Below are positions 10,974 to 19,325 of a stretch of DNA of 64,000 bases, piece after piece; position 1 is the stretch's first letter; every line of letters begins with the position of its first letter. The stretch is from assembly GCA_003132425.1 (NCBI GenBank), contig PKXS01000142.1:653-64652 (forward strand), read 5' to 3'. This stretch comes from Gammaproteobacteria bacterium (GTDB lineage: Bacteria; Pseudomonadota; Gammaproteobacteria; Steroidobacterales; Steroidobacteraceae). Under the pieces are notes generated by a model. The model worked only from the letters and a program-made list of their open reading frames with translations, was not told the origin of the DNA and made no database searches. A program made the translations under genes and the position numbers.

Positions 10974-11890
10974 ACATCAAGGCCTATTTCGCGCGGCATG
11001 CGCAAACTCTGGTCGGTTCTCTCGGCCGCATCGTGCAATCGCCGCTGGCGACGCTCATGACGATGGGCGTGATCGCCGTCGCGCTCGCTCTACCGCTATC
11101 GCTGAATTTGTTCGTGAAAAACGCCCGGATCGCCACCGGCAATTGGAACGAAGCCTTCGATTTGTCGGTCTATCTGGACAAGCAGGCAAGCGCAGCCCGG
11201 CTCCAGGAGATTGCCAAGCAACTGCGCGCGCGCGACGACGTGGCAGCGGTGCGCGTGATTACCGCGGACCAGGCGCTGGCGGAGTTTCGGCAATATTCAG
11301 GATTCGGAGCAGCGCTCGATGCGCTGAACGACAATCCCTTGCCGGATGCCTTGGTGGTGACGCCAACCATCGTCGCGAGCACTCCGGAGGGAACCGACGC
11401 TTTGAAAGCGGCCATCGCCTCGACGGCCGGCGTGCAAGCGGTGCAGCTCGACTCCGAATGGGTGAAGCGCTTACGCGCGATGCTGGATATCTTGCGGCGA
11501 GTCGTGGTGCTCACCGCCGCTTTGTTGGGCTTAGGGGTGGCGCTCATCGTCGGCAATACCATCCGATTGGACATATTGAACCGGCGCGCGGAAATCGAGG
11601 TGATGAAGTTGGTCGGCGCAACGGACGGCTTCGCCCGCCGGCCATTCCTGTACGGCGGTGTTTGGTATGGGGTGGGAGGAGGACTCATGGCGATTATCTT
11701 GGTTGCCTTGGCCGCCGCCGTGCTCGAAAGTCCGGTCGAGCGGCTGGCCCTGCTCTACGGCAGCCAGTTCCGATTGCAGGGTCTGGGGTTCAAGACGTCG
11801 GCCACCGTTTTGGCCGGTGCCGCCGCCCTCGGCTGGCTCGGTTCCTGGCTTGCTGCAACGCGGCATATTCGCGCCATAGAGCCCGCCTAA
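10970..11890 (+). CDS. ftsX: Cell-division ABC transporter permease FtsX
   Basis: 306 aa, four predicted TM helices with a periplasmic loop after TM1. ATGA overlap with ftsE. Confidence 0.9.
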   Translation: MNIKAYFARHAQTLVGSLGRIVQSPLATLMTMGVIAVALALPLSLNLFVKNARIATGNWNEAFDLSVYLDKQASAARLQEIAKQLRARDDVAAVRVITADQALAEFRQYSGFGAALDALNDNPLPDALVVTPTIVASTPEGTDALKAAIASTAGVQAVQLDSEWVKRLRAMLDILRRVVVLTAALLGLGVALIVGNTIRLDILNRRAEIEVMKLVGATDGFARRPFLYGGVWYGVGGGLMAIILVALAAAVLESPVERLALLYGSQFRLQGLGFKTSATVLAGAAALGWLGSWLAATRHIRAIEPA

Positions 11891-11982
11891 GTCTCTGTAA
11901 TCATTATATTTACTGCGATCGTGAACTCTCGTAGGCCTTAGCACTCAAAGCATAGGAGTGCTATTATTGCGTCCACGAATCG

Positions 11983-12864
11983 ATGGGAGGATTGCGCAAA
12001 ATGACTGCCGCCTTGGTTGCTAAACAGACTGGAATGGTATTCGCGGGCCCCGTGGGGAGCCTGGACTCTTATATTGACCGGGTTTCGCAGATTCCGGTTC
12101 TGACGAAGGACGACGAGGTCGCCCTCGCCGTTCGTTTCCGTTCCGAGGGCGATTTGGACGCCGCACGACAGATGGTGCTGTCGCACCTGCGGTTCGTCGT
12201 GCATATCGCCCGCGGCTACTTGGGCTACGGTCTGCCCATGGGCGATCTCGTGCAAGAGGGCAATGTCGGCCTGATGAAGGCGGTCAAGCGCTTTGACCCC
12301 GCGGTGGGCGTGCGTTTGGTGTCATTCGCCGTCCACTGGATCCGCGCCGAAATTCATGAATATGTGCTGCGCAATTGGCGGCTGGTGAAGGTCGCGACCA
12401 CCAAGTCGCAGCGCAAACTGTTCTTCAATCTGCGCAAGATGAAGAAGAACCTGGCATGGCTATCCGAGGCTGAAACTCTTGCGGTTGCGCAGGACCTCGG
12501 CGTGGAGGTGAGGGACGTGCGCGAAATGGAACAAAGGCTGTCCGCTCGCGATATGTCTTTCGACCCCGCGCCGGATACCGACGAGGAAGAGAGCTATTCG
12601 CCGGCCATGTACCTGCCTGCGAGCAATGCGGACCCGGCTGCCGAGGTCGAGCGCGCGGAATGGGAGCAGGACTCCAGCGATCGCTTGGAGCTGGCGCTCG
12701 GCATGCTCGATGAGCGCAGCCGCAGCATATTGAAACGCCGCTGGATGACGGACGACAAAGCCACACTGCATGAACTCGCGGATGAATATGGAATTTCCGC
12801 GGAGCGCGTGCGGCAGGTCGAGTCGAATGCCATCAACAAGCTCAAGGACTTGATGGCCGCCTGA
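11983..12864 (+). CDS. rpoH: RNA polymerase sigma-32 (heat-shock sigma factor)
   Basis: RpoH box [13 protein letters not shown], region 2 ([19 protein letters not shown]), region 4 HTH. The ATG at 12001 (MTAAL..., 10 nt after GGGAGG) is an alternative start. ftsYEX-rpoH synteny. Confidence 0.94.
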   Translation: MGGLRKMTAALVAKQTGMVFAGPVGSLDSYIDRVSQIPVLTKDDEVALAVRFRSEGDLDAARQMVLSHLRFVVHIARGYLGYGLPMGDLVQEGNVGLMKAVKRFDPAVGVRLVSFAVHWIRAEIHEYVLRNWRLVKVATTKSQRKLFFNLRKMKKNLAWLSEAETLAVAQDLGVEVRDVREMEQRLSARDMSFDPAPDTDEEESYSPAMYLPASNADPAAEVERAEWEQDSSDRLELALGMLDERSRSILKRRWMTDDKATLHELADEYGISAERVRQVESNAINKLKDLMAA

Positions 12865-12875
12865 GCAGCGGCGCC

Positions 12876-13346
12876 ATGCGCACCGCCGATCAATGGCTGA
12901 ACGATTACGGTGACAGTCACCGAAACCCGGCGAACAAGCTGCTGCATTGGGTTTGCGTGCCGGTCATCGTCTGGTGCGTCATCGGGCTGCTATGGTTGCT
13001 ACCCTTTCCGAACGTCGTGCGCGCGACGCTCCCGGCGGCGAATTGGGGCAGCATTGCGGTCATCGCCGCGCTGGTTTATTACAGCATGCTGTCGGTTCGG
13101 CTCGCGCTCGGCGCACTGCCTTTGCTGCTTGCCTTTCTGTGGTCCATCGACCGGTTCGAGCGCTCGGCGCTCCTGCCGCTTTGGAGCGTGTGCGCCGGTC
13201 TGTTTGTCCTGGCGTGGATCGGCCAGTTCGTCGGTCATGCCATAGAAGGCAAGCGCCCCTCCTTCTTCAAGGACATGCAGTTCCTAATGATCGGACCGCT
13301 GTGGCTGCTGGCCGACGCCTATCGCAAGTTGGGGATTCGCTACTAA
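12876..13346 (+). CDS. DUF962 (Mpo1-like) membrane protein
   Basis: 156 aa. N-terminal YGDSHRNPANKLLHWVCVP and later GHAIEGKRPSF, typical of DUF962. Four hydrophobic segments. Confidence 0.78.
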   Translation: MRTADQWLNDYGDSHRNPANKLLHWVCVPVIVWCVIGLLWLLPFPNVVRATLPAANWGSIAVIAALVYYSMLSVRLALGALPLLLAFLWSIDRFERSALLPLWSVCAGLFVLAWIGQFVGHAIEGKRPSFFKDMQFLMIGPLWLLADAYRKLGIRY

Positions 13347-13471
13347 TCCGCTGCGCGCGCGGCGCGGGTTATACCGCCGACATTACCGCGCGATTGCCGG
13401 CCTCGCGCGCCTTCTCTTGGCGTTCGTCGAGCGCCGCGAACCAGCGGCGCTCCAGAAAATCCGATGCGGCC

Positions 13472-13711
13472 TCAACACTCAGGTAGCGCTTGCTCATGAG
13501 CCTCTCCATCGGACTTCCCTGCGTGTTGGGCCAGCATGGCCTCCTCCAGGCGCTCCAATTTCGCCATGATCCGCGCCTTCAAGGCCTCGGCACGATCCAC
13601 ACGCACGCGCGCAACGATGCTGGCCTCGTAGAGCCGGCGCCATTCGAATTCCAGACTTCCTTCGCGATCCAGGTCGAGACTGCTCATGTCGCGATATTGC
13701 CGCTCGAACAT
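13472..13711 (-). CDS. Small hypothetical protein (start uncertain)
   Basis: Track ORF 13472..13738 starts at a TTG; in-frame ATGs lie at 13711 and 13687. Charged helical sequence, no family recognised. It sits downstream of the lpxH-like terminator, so it would need its own promoter. Confidence 0.3.
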   Translation of the reverse strand: MFERQYRDMSSLDLDREGSLEFEWRRLYEASIVARVRVDRAEALKARIMAKLERLEEAMLAQHAGKSDGEAHEQALPEC

Positions 13712-13743
13712 GACCGTTCGCGGACAGTTTTGCGGCAATTCTG

Positions 13744-13771
13744 TGAAAGAAAAGGCCTCGCGAAGAGGCCT
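13744..13771 (-). terminator. Rho-independent terminator of the LpxH-like gene
   Basis: On the minus strand, AGGCCTC-TTCGC-GAGGCCT (13771..13753) is followed by TTTCTTTCA, about 20 nt after the stop at 13790. Confidence 0.6.
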
Positions 13772-13789
13772 AGGGGGCGAAATACGGGA

Positions 13790-14599
13790 TCAGGCTGCCT
13801 CGCCGACCGGGACCGCGACACGCGCAACCGCAACTTGGTCGAGCAACTTCGGCCAGTCGATCAATCGCAATTCCCCGCTCATTTCTTCGACCAGGGACGT
13901 GCAACTCTCGACCCAGTCGCCGTCGTTGCAATAGAGAATGCCGCCGATATCGCGCATCTCCGCGCGGTGGATGTGGCCGCAGACCACCGTGTCGACGCCG
14001 CGCTTGCGCGCAGCCTGCGCGACCGCCTCTTCGAAACTGCCGATGTATTGCACGGCGGTCTTGGCCTTATTTTTCAGGTACGACGATAAGGACCAGTGGG
14101 GCAGGCCGAACAAACGGCGCACCCGGTTGATGTAGGGATTGGCCGCCAGCAGCAGGTCATAAATGGAACTGCCCAGTCTGGCGAGCCACGGGCTGCACTT
14201 CACGACGCTGTCGAACTCATCGCCGTGCAGCACCAACATGCGCCGGCCGCCGGCGCCCTGATGGACGTATTCCCGGTGAATCTCCAAATTTCCGAAGACG
14301 GCGCCGTCGAAGTCGCGAAATACCTCGTCATGATTGCCGGGTATGAATATGACCTTGGTGCCGCGCTTGGCCTTGCCCAAAATGGTGCGCAGGACATTGT
14401 CGTGCGACTGCGGCCAAAACATGCTCTTTTGCATGCTCCACACATCGATGATATCGCCCACCAAGAACAGGCGATCCATCTGCACGTGGTGCAGGAAATC
14501 GAGCAATAGATCGGCGCTGCAGCCCTTAAAGCCCAGATGGATGTCTGAGATAAAGACGCTTCGCAATCGCAGCGGCAACGGCGCGCCTCGCTCCACCAT
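13790..14599 (-). CDS. LpxH-family metallophosphoesterase (UDP-2,3-diacylglucosamine diphosphatase-like)
   Basis: 269 aa with calcineurin-like motifs SDIHLG, GDIIDVW, GNHDE, GHIH. Confidence 0.8.
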   Translation of the reverse strand: MVERGAPLPLRLRSVFISDIHLGFKGCSADLLLDFLHHVQMDRLFLVGDIIDVWSMQKSMFWPQSHDNVLRTILGKAKRGTKVIFIPGNHDEVFRDFDGAVFGNLEIHREYVHQGAGGRRMLVLHGDEFDSVVKCSPWLARLGSSIYDLLLAANPYINRVRRLFGLPHWSLSSYLKNKAKTAVQYIGSFEEAVAQAARKRGVDTVVCGHIHRAEMRDIGGILYCNDGDWVESCTSLVEEMSGELRLIDWPKLLDQVAVARVAVPVGEAA

Positions 14600-14679
14600 G
14601 CTCGAGCCTCCGAAGTCTTTCGCGCCGCCAGAATCTCAATTCGGTGTTACAAATGCATGACTCGGGAGAGAATATTTGT

Positions 14680-15384
14680 TTACAAAAAGCCACTTAGGCG
14701 TGAAACATCGCGTGGAACAATAACAAACCGGTAGCCGAAGCCACGCAGGGTCTGAATGCAGCCCTCAAACCCGGATTCGGCGAGAATCTTGCGCAATCTC
14801 TGCACGTTGACATCGACGGTACGCTCGTCCACCACCCTATCGTCGCCCCACACCTGGACCAGCAACTGGTTGCGATTGAAGGTTCTGCCGGGATTCGACA
14901 TCAGAAACTTGAGCAATCGACCGTGCACGGTCACGCGATCGCCGCGGGCGTCCAGCGCGAGATCGCCGCAGTTGGGCGCGGCCCGTGGACAGGGATGCTG
15001 GTGTGAGCGCAGCACCGCGCGGACGCGAGCGACGGCCTCAGGCAGGGAAAATGGCTTGGCGATGTAATCGTCGGCACCCATATTGAGCCCCGTCACCACG
15101 TCGTCTTCGCCCGACAAGGCGGAGATGATGATGAGCCTGACTGCTTGCGGCAAGCGCGCCTTGCGAACGCCCTCGATGACTTCCAGGGCTGCGAAGCCCC
15201 GCATGTTCCAATCGATGATCACCAGGTGCGGCGGCCGGTCCGCCACCTCCTTGACCGCTGCCGTCCCCTCCGCTATCACGCGAACGAAAAATCCGTCGTC
15301 GGTGAGCTTATGACGAAGCGGCTCGGCGGCAGCCGCATCTCGATCGACGATCAGTATCTGCTTATTGGTTTCGGTTGCGGGCAT
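14680..15384 (-). CDS. OmpR/PhoB-family response regulator, atypical (orphan)
   Basis: Track ORF (356 aa) trimmed to the ATG at 15384 (MPATETNKQILIVDRD...). Receiver with IIDWNM phospho-Asp and AKPF Lys, plus C-terminal wHTH (RTVDVNVQRLRKIL...LRGFGYRF). No kinase on the same strand. Confidence 0.85.
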   Translation of the reverse strand: MPATETNKQILIVDRDAAAAEPLRHKLTDDGFFVRVIAEGTAAVKEVADRPPHLVIIDWNMRGFAALEVIEGVRKARLPQAVRLIIISALSGEDDVVTGLNMGADDYIAKPFSLPEAVARVRAVLRSHQHPCPRAAPNCGDLALDARGDRVTVHGRLLKFLMSNPGRTFNRNQLLVQVWGDDRVVDERTVDVNVQRLRKILAESGFEGCIQTLRGFGYRFVIVPRDVSRLSGFL

Positions 15385-15824
15385 ATCGACCGCACCATTA
15401 AAGATACTGCGCTTTACACTACGTTTACGCTTTTGTGACCTTTGAAAGCTCAATCGACCGCGGCGGCGCGCTGTACCGCCCGCACGGAGATATTCGAATA
15501 CGCGCGCAAGGAATCCGGCCGGCGCCGGGAGGCTTGCGAGGCATCGTTGTCCGATGCGTTCCACGCAGCTAGAAGCAGCCCAAGCGCCAGCCAATTGAGC
15601 GAGGCCTCGCGATGCTGGGACCAGAAATTTCGCGGCGCTGCGAAATTGCACCGTACCGTTCGATCTTGCATGGACATCTCCTCGAGGGGTTTCATTTCGA
15701 GGATCAGTGTCTGCGCCGACTGTGTAATCGAGGGGGTCCGAATCAGGCACGCTGCGGGCGAATTCTGATGAATTCTGGCAGCGGATTTTTCAACCGGGTG
15801 CCCGCCATCAGCTATGATTTGACG

Positions 15825-16514
15825 ATGAAAAAGCACATCGCCATCGTCGAGGACGAGCCTGCATTGCGCGACAATTACGCGGCGGCGCTGGCAAGGCACG
15901 GCTATTTGGTCAAGACTTACGCTAACCGCAAACTCGCCATGCAGGCTTTCGACAGCCACTTGCCGGATCTCGCGATCATCGACATTTCTTTGGAGGACGA
16001 AGCGGAGGGCGGGTTCGACCTGTGCCGCGACTTGCGCGCCCTGTCGGCGGAGCTGCCCATCATCTTCCTGACGGCGCGCGACAGCGAGCTGGACGCCGTT
16101 TCGGGCTTGCGCTTGGGGGCCGATGATTTCCTGACCAAGGACGTGAGCCTGCCGCATTTGGCCGCGCGAGTCGCCGCCCTGTTCAGGCGGATCGATGCAT
16201 TGCGGCGACCGGACAATGCCGCGCAGATCGTGCGGCGTGGCGCGTTGTCGATCGACGGAGAGAAGATGCAGACCGCTTGGAACGGGGAGCCGGTCACCCT
16301 GTCGCTGACCGAGTTCTGGATCGTGCATGCCTTGGCGCGCAATCCCGGACACGTCAAGAACCGGCAGCAATTGATGGACGCCGCCAACGTCGTTTTGGAC
16401 GACAACACGATTACTTCGCACATCAAGCGCGTGCGGCGCAAATTCCAGCTCGTCGATGCGAAATTCGACGCGATTCAGACGGTTTATGGAATGGGCTATC
16501 GCTGGGTCGAGTGA
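15825..16514 (+). CDS. OmpR-family response regulator
   Basis: Track ORF trimmed to the ATG at 15825 (MKKHIAIVEDEPALRDNY...). Receiver (DLAIIDISL), wHTH (LTEFWIVHALARNPGHVKNRQQLM...VYGMGYRW). Stop overlaps the kinase start. Confidence 0.9.
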   Translation: MKKHIAIVEDEPALRDNYAAALARHGYLVKTYANRKLAMQAFDSHLPDLAIIDISLEDEAEGGFDLCRDLRALSAELPIIFLTARDSELDAVSGLRLGADDFLTKDVSLPHLAARVAALFRRIDALRRPDNAAQIVRRGALSIDGEKMQTAWNGEPVTLSLTEFWIVHALARNPGHVKNRQQLMDAANVVLDDNTITSHIKRVRRKFQLVDAKFDAIQTVYGMGYRWVE

Positions 16515-18550
16515 GCATCCGCTTTCAATTGCTGATCGTAGCGCTCACCACACTGGTGCTGCCGTGGGCCGGCTGCCAATATGCGCGCGAGCTCGAGACC
16601 GCGCTGCGCGTCGCGCAGGAAAATGCGCTGCTCGCCAGCGCCGACACCATCGCGCGCGCGCTGTCGGCAGAACCGCAGCGTGTATTCCGCGATGTGGATG
16701 ACACCCCGGCGTTCAATGCCGCTCAGGGAGACATTTATGTCTTTCGGCTGCGCAGTCAACCTCTGCTGGACGGTTACCGCGACGATTGGGATATTCCGGC
16801 GGATCTACGGTCCCTGCCGGCGACGGGGAGCTTGACCGCGCGCCTGCAAGCGGGACTGACGGACCAATATCTGTACCTGTATCTCGAGGTCGATGAGCCT
16901 CATTTCACCCCCGAGCCCAGCAATGTTCATCCGGACCGCGATCGATTCGATAGAGTCGATCTGACTCTGCAACGGCCCGATGGGGCGCTGGAGTCTTACT
17001 TCTTCGCGACCAGCGCGCCTGGACTCATTGGAGCGCAAAGCGTCGTCAAAGGCGACGACGGCGTCGGTCATGCGGTGAGCGAGCCGCGCATTCAGGCCTT
17101 TTGGCTGCAGAGAGCAACAGGCTATCACTTGGAAGCGCGCCTGCCGCTCCGCCTGGTGGGGTCACGCCTGTGGATTGAAGCCATCGACGGCGAGGGCGGC
17201 GGAAAATCCGGCTTTGCCGGCGCGGACCCCCCGGCGGGGGGCCGATTGTTTTATGCGACGCCCGGCCTCGATGAGTTGCTGGCGACCTTCATACGCGCCG
17301 GCACCCGCGCCACGGTAATCGACTCCAACGCGCTGAAGCTCGGGGTGGCCGGCGATCTGCATTCTCACGACATCGGCGAGGAATCAGAGTCCGGCGAGAA
17401 TTGGTATCGGCGCTTCATGGCGGTCGACTCCTCGCAATGGCCGATTGCCTCGAACGCGCCCGATCGCCTCGAAGGGAAGAGCGTGACAACGGCCCTCGCC
17501 GGGCAACCGTACGCGGAATGGTTGCGGTCGGGGTCCCAAGAGTTACTGCTGTCGGCAGCCGCCCCCATCGTCATCGGCGGCCATCCGCGCGGCGCCGTGG
17601 TGCTCGAGCAAGCCGGCGATCAACTGCTGGACTTGCGGGATCACGCGCTGGCGCGCCTGTTCAACTTCACCTTGTCGGCCACCGCTCTGGCGGTGATCAT
17701 CATGTTCGGCTTCGCCACCTGGATCAGCCTGCGCATAGGGCGCCTGCGCGCCGCCGCCGATTCCGCGGTGAGCAACGATGGGAAAATCCGCTTGAATATG
17801 CCCGAAGCAGCAAGCAAGGACGAAATCGGCGCCTTGGCGCGTGGTTTCGAGCGCCTGCTGGCGCGCCTTAACGAGCACACGCAATACCTGCGGACGTTGG
17901 GCGGCAAGCTTTCCCACGAACTGCGCACGCCGCTCACCATCGTTCGCTCCTCGCTGGATAATCTGGAATCCGAGGGGGTGCGCGAGGACCAAAGAAAGTA
18001 TGTCACGCGTGCGCGCGACGGCGCCCAGCGCCTGCAATCGATCTTGAGCGCTCTGGGAGCGGCGGCGCGGGTCGAGGAGAGCATCAAACAGGCGGAACGC
18101 GTGAACTTCGATCTGCGCGAATTGTTGGTCTCGGCGACCGGCGCTTACCGGGATGGTTTTCGCGATGTGCGATTCGAGCTCGAGGCGCCCCCAGACGCCT
18201 GTTTCATGCGGGGCGCGCCGGACTTGATCGTCCAGATGCTCGACAAGCTCATCGAGAACGCCGTCGATTTCTGCCCCGCTGCGGGCCTGATTACCGTGCG
18301 CCTGGGCAGGTCTTTCGATCACTACGAACTCGAGGTGATCAATGATGGCCCGCCGATTCCGCAGGCCATGCTGGGGCGCTTGTTCGAATCGCTGTTCGAA
18401 CAGCGCCAGGGTCATGACGACAAACCGCATTTCGGCCTGGGTTTGTACATCGTGCGGCTGGTCGCGGAATTTCACGCGGGGCGCGCGGTCGCTGCCAATC
18501 GCGAGGGGGGGAGCGGTGCGGTATTCAAGGTGATGCTACCGCTGATTTAA
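16511..18550 (+). CDS. Sensor histidine kinase with large periplasmic domain
   Basis: GTG at 16511 overlaps the regulator stop (GTGA). TM1 (FQLLIVALTTLVLPW), a periplasmic region of about 430 aa, TM2, HAMP-like linker, H-box LSHELRTPLT, HATPase (NAVDF..., GLGLYIV). 679 aa. Confidence 0.9.
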   Translation: MSIRFQLLIVALTTLVLPWAGCQYARELETALRVAQENALLASADTIARALSAEPQRVFRDVDDTPAFNAAQGDIYVFRLRSQPLLDGYRDDWDIPADLRSLPATGSLTARLQAGLTDQYLYLYLEVDEPHFTPEPSNVHPDRDRFDRVDLTLQRPDGALESYFFATSAPGLIGAQSVVKGDDGVGHAVSEPRIQAFWLQRATGYHLEARLPLRLVGSRLWIEAIDGEGGGKSGFAGADPPAGGRLFYATPGLDELLATFIRAGTRATVIDSNALKLGVAGDLHSHDIGEESESGENWYRRFMAVDSSQWPIASNAPDRLEGKSVTTALAGQPYAEWLRSGSQELLLSAAAPIVIGGHPRGAVVLEQAGDQLLDLRDHALARLFNFTLSATALAVIIMFGFATWISLRIGRLRAAADSAVSNDGKIRLNMPEAASKDEIGALARGFERLLARLNEHTQYLRTLGGKLSHELRTPLTIVRSSLDNLESEGVREDQRKYVTRARDGAQRLQSILSALGAAARVEESIKQAERVNFDLRELLVSATGAYRDGFRDVRFELEAPPDACFMRGAPDLIVQMLDKLIENAVDFCPAAGLITVRLGRSFDHYELEVINDGPPIPQAMLGRLFESLFEQRQGHDDKPHFGLGLYIVRLVAEFHAGRAVAANREGGSGAVFKVMLPLI

Positions 18551-18644
18551 CGGTCCCCTCACAATTCGCAAACGCGGAGAAGCGCGCGCCTGATTTCTCG
18601 GCAAGACTGTGGCCAACGGTCTGGAAACTAAGGAGGGTGATCCC

Positions 18645-18917
18645 ATGAAGACGAATCACAAGTTGGCGCTGGCGGCGCTGGCGGGCGTCTCGATCGGTCT
18701 TGCCGCCGCCCAGGTGATTCATGCGCAGCAGGTGAAGACACCCCCTGCCTACGTCATCGCAGAAGTCGAAAAGGATCCCACGAAAATTGCGGATGCCGCC
18801 GCGCGGCGTTTTCGCCTACCTGACCACCGATATTCGATGAATGGAGTGCTGCATCGATCCCTCGTGCGCGAGCAGCCAGCGCTTGCGCTGCAAACCGCCG
18901 CCGTAGCCGGTCAGTGA
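18645..18917 (+). pseudogene. Possible truncated DUF1330-like secreted protein remnant
   Basis: From ATG 18645: signal peptide MKTNHKLALAALAGVSIGLAAAQVIHA, then PPAYVIAEVEKDP (DUF1330-like first strand). Similarity is then lost and the ORF runs about 100 nt into the 3' end of convergent ogt. Confidence 0.3.
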
Positions 18918-19325
18918 GCCGTCCGCGCCGATCACTCGATGGCAGGGAACGACGATGGCGATCGGATTGCGCCCGTTGGCGAGCCCCACCGCTCGCGACG
19001 CGCCGGGATTGTCGAGCCGCTTGGCAAGGGCCCCGTAGCTCCAGGTCGCGCCATAGGGAATTTCGCCCAACATGCGCCACACGCGCGTTTGAAACACGGT
19101 GCCCTGAAAACTCAACGGTATATCGAACTCGCGGCGAGAGCCTGCAAAATATTCGCTCAGCTGCCGCGCTGCCGCCGCCAACGGTCCGGCGGCGCCATCT
19201 TCCACCCAACCATCGGTCGATTGCGGCTTGCGGCTCGGCTCCATGTAAAGACCGCTCAGAGCAGTCCCGTCGCAGGTGAGCAATAGGCGGCCGATCGGGC
19301 TGTCGAAGTAGCTGAAGGTGTTCAT
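18816..19325 (-). CDS. ogt: Methylated-DNA--protein-cysteine methyltransferase
   Basis: Trimmed to the ATG at 19325 (MNTFSYFDSPIGRLLL...). Active site IVVPCHRVIGADGSLTGYGGG. ATGA overlap with the upstream ada/alkA gene. Confidence 0.9.
   Translation of the reverse strand: MNTFSYFDSPIGRLLLTCDGTALSGLYMEPSRKPQSTDGWVEDGAAGPLAAAARQLSEYFAGSRREFDIPLSFQGTVFQTRVWRMLGEIPYGATWSYGALAKRLDNPGASRAVGLANGRNPIAIVVPCHRVIGADGSLTGYGGGLQRKRWLLAHEGSMQHSIHRISVVR

Noticed and set aside
11941-11961. Hairpin GCACTC-N9-GAGTGC just upstream of rpoH, considered as a possible RNA thermosensor
   Set aside because: It is only a 6-bp stem and does not sequester the RBS or start codon. The known rpoH thermosensor involves coding-region pairing, which I cannot evaluate by eye.
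15450-16421. 323-aa minus-strand ORF antisense to the response regulator at 15825..16514
   Set aside because: Most of it is antisense to a clearly homologous regulator gene and its sequence is compositionally artefactual. Only its last 73 codons, in the intergenic spacer, were kept as a low-confidence small-ORF observation.
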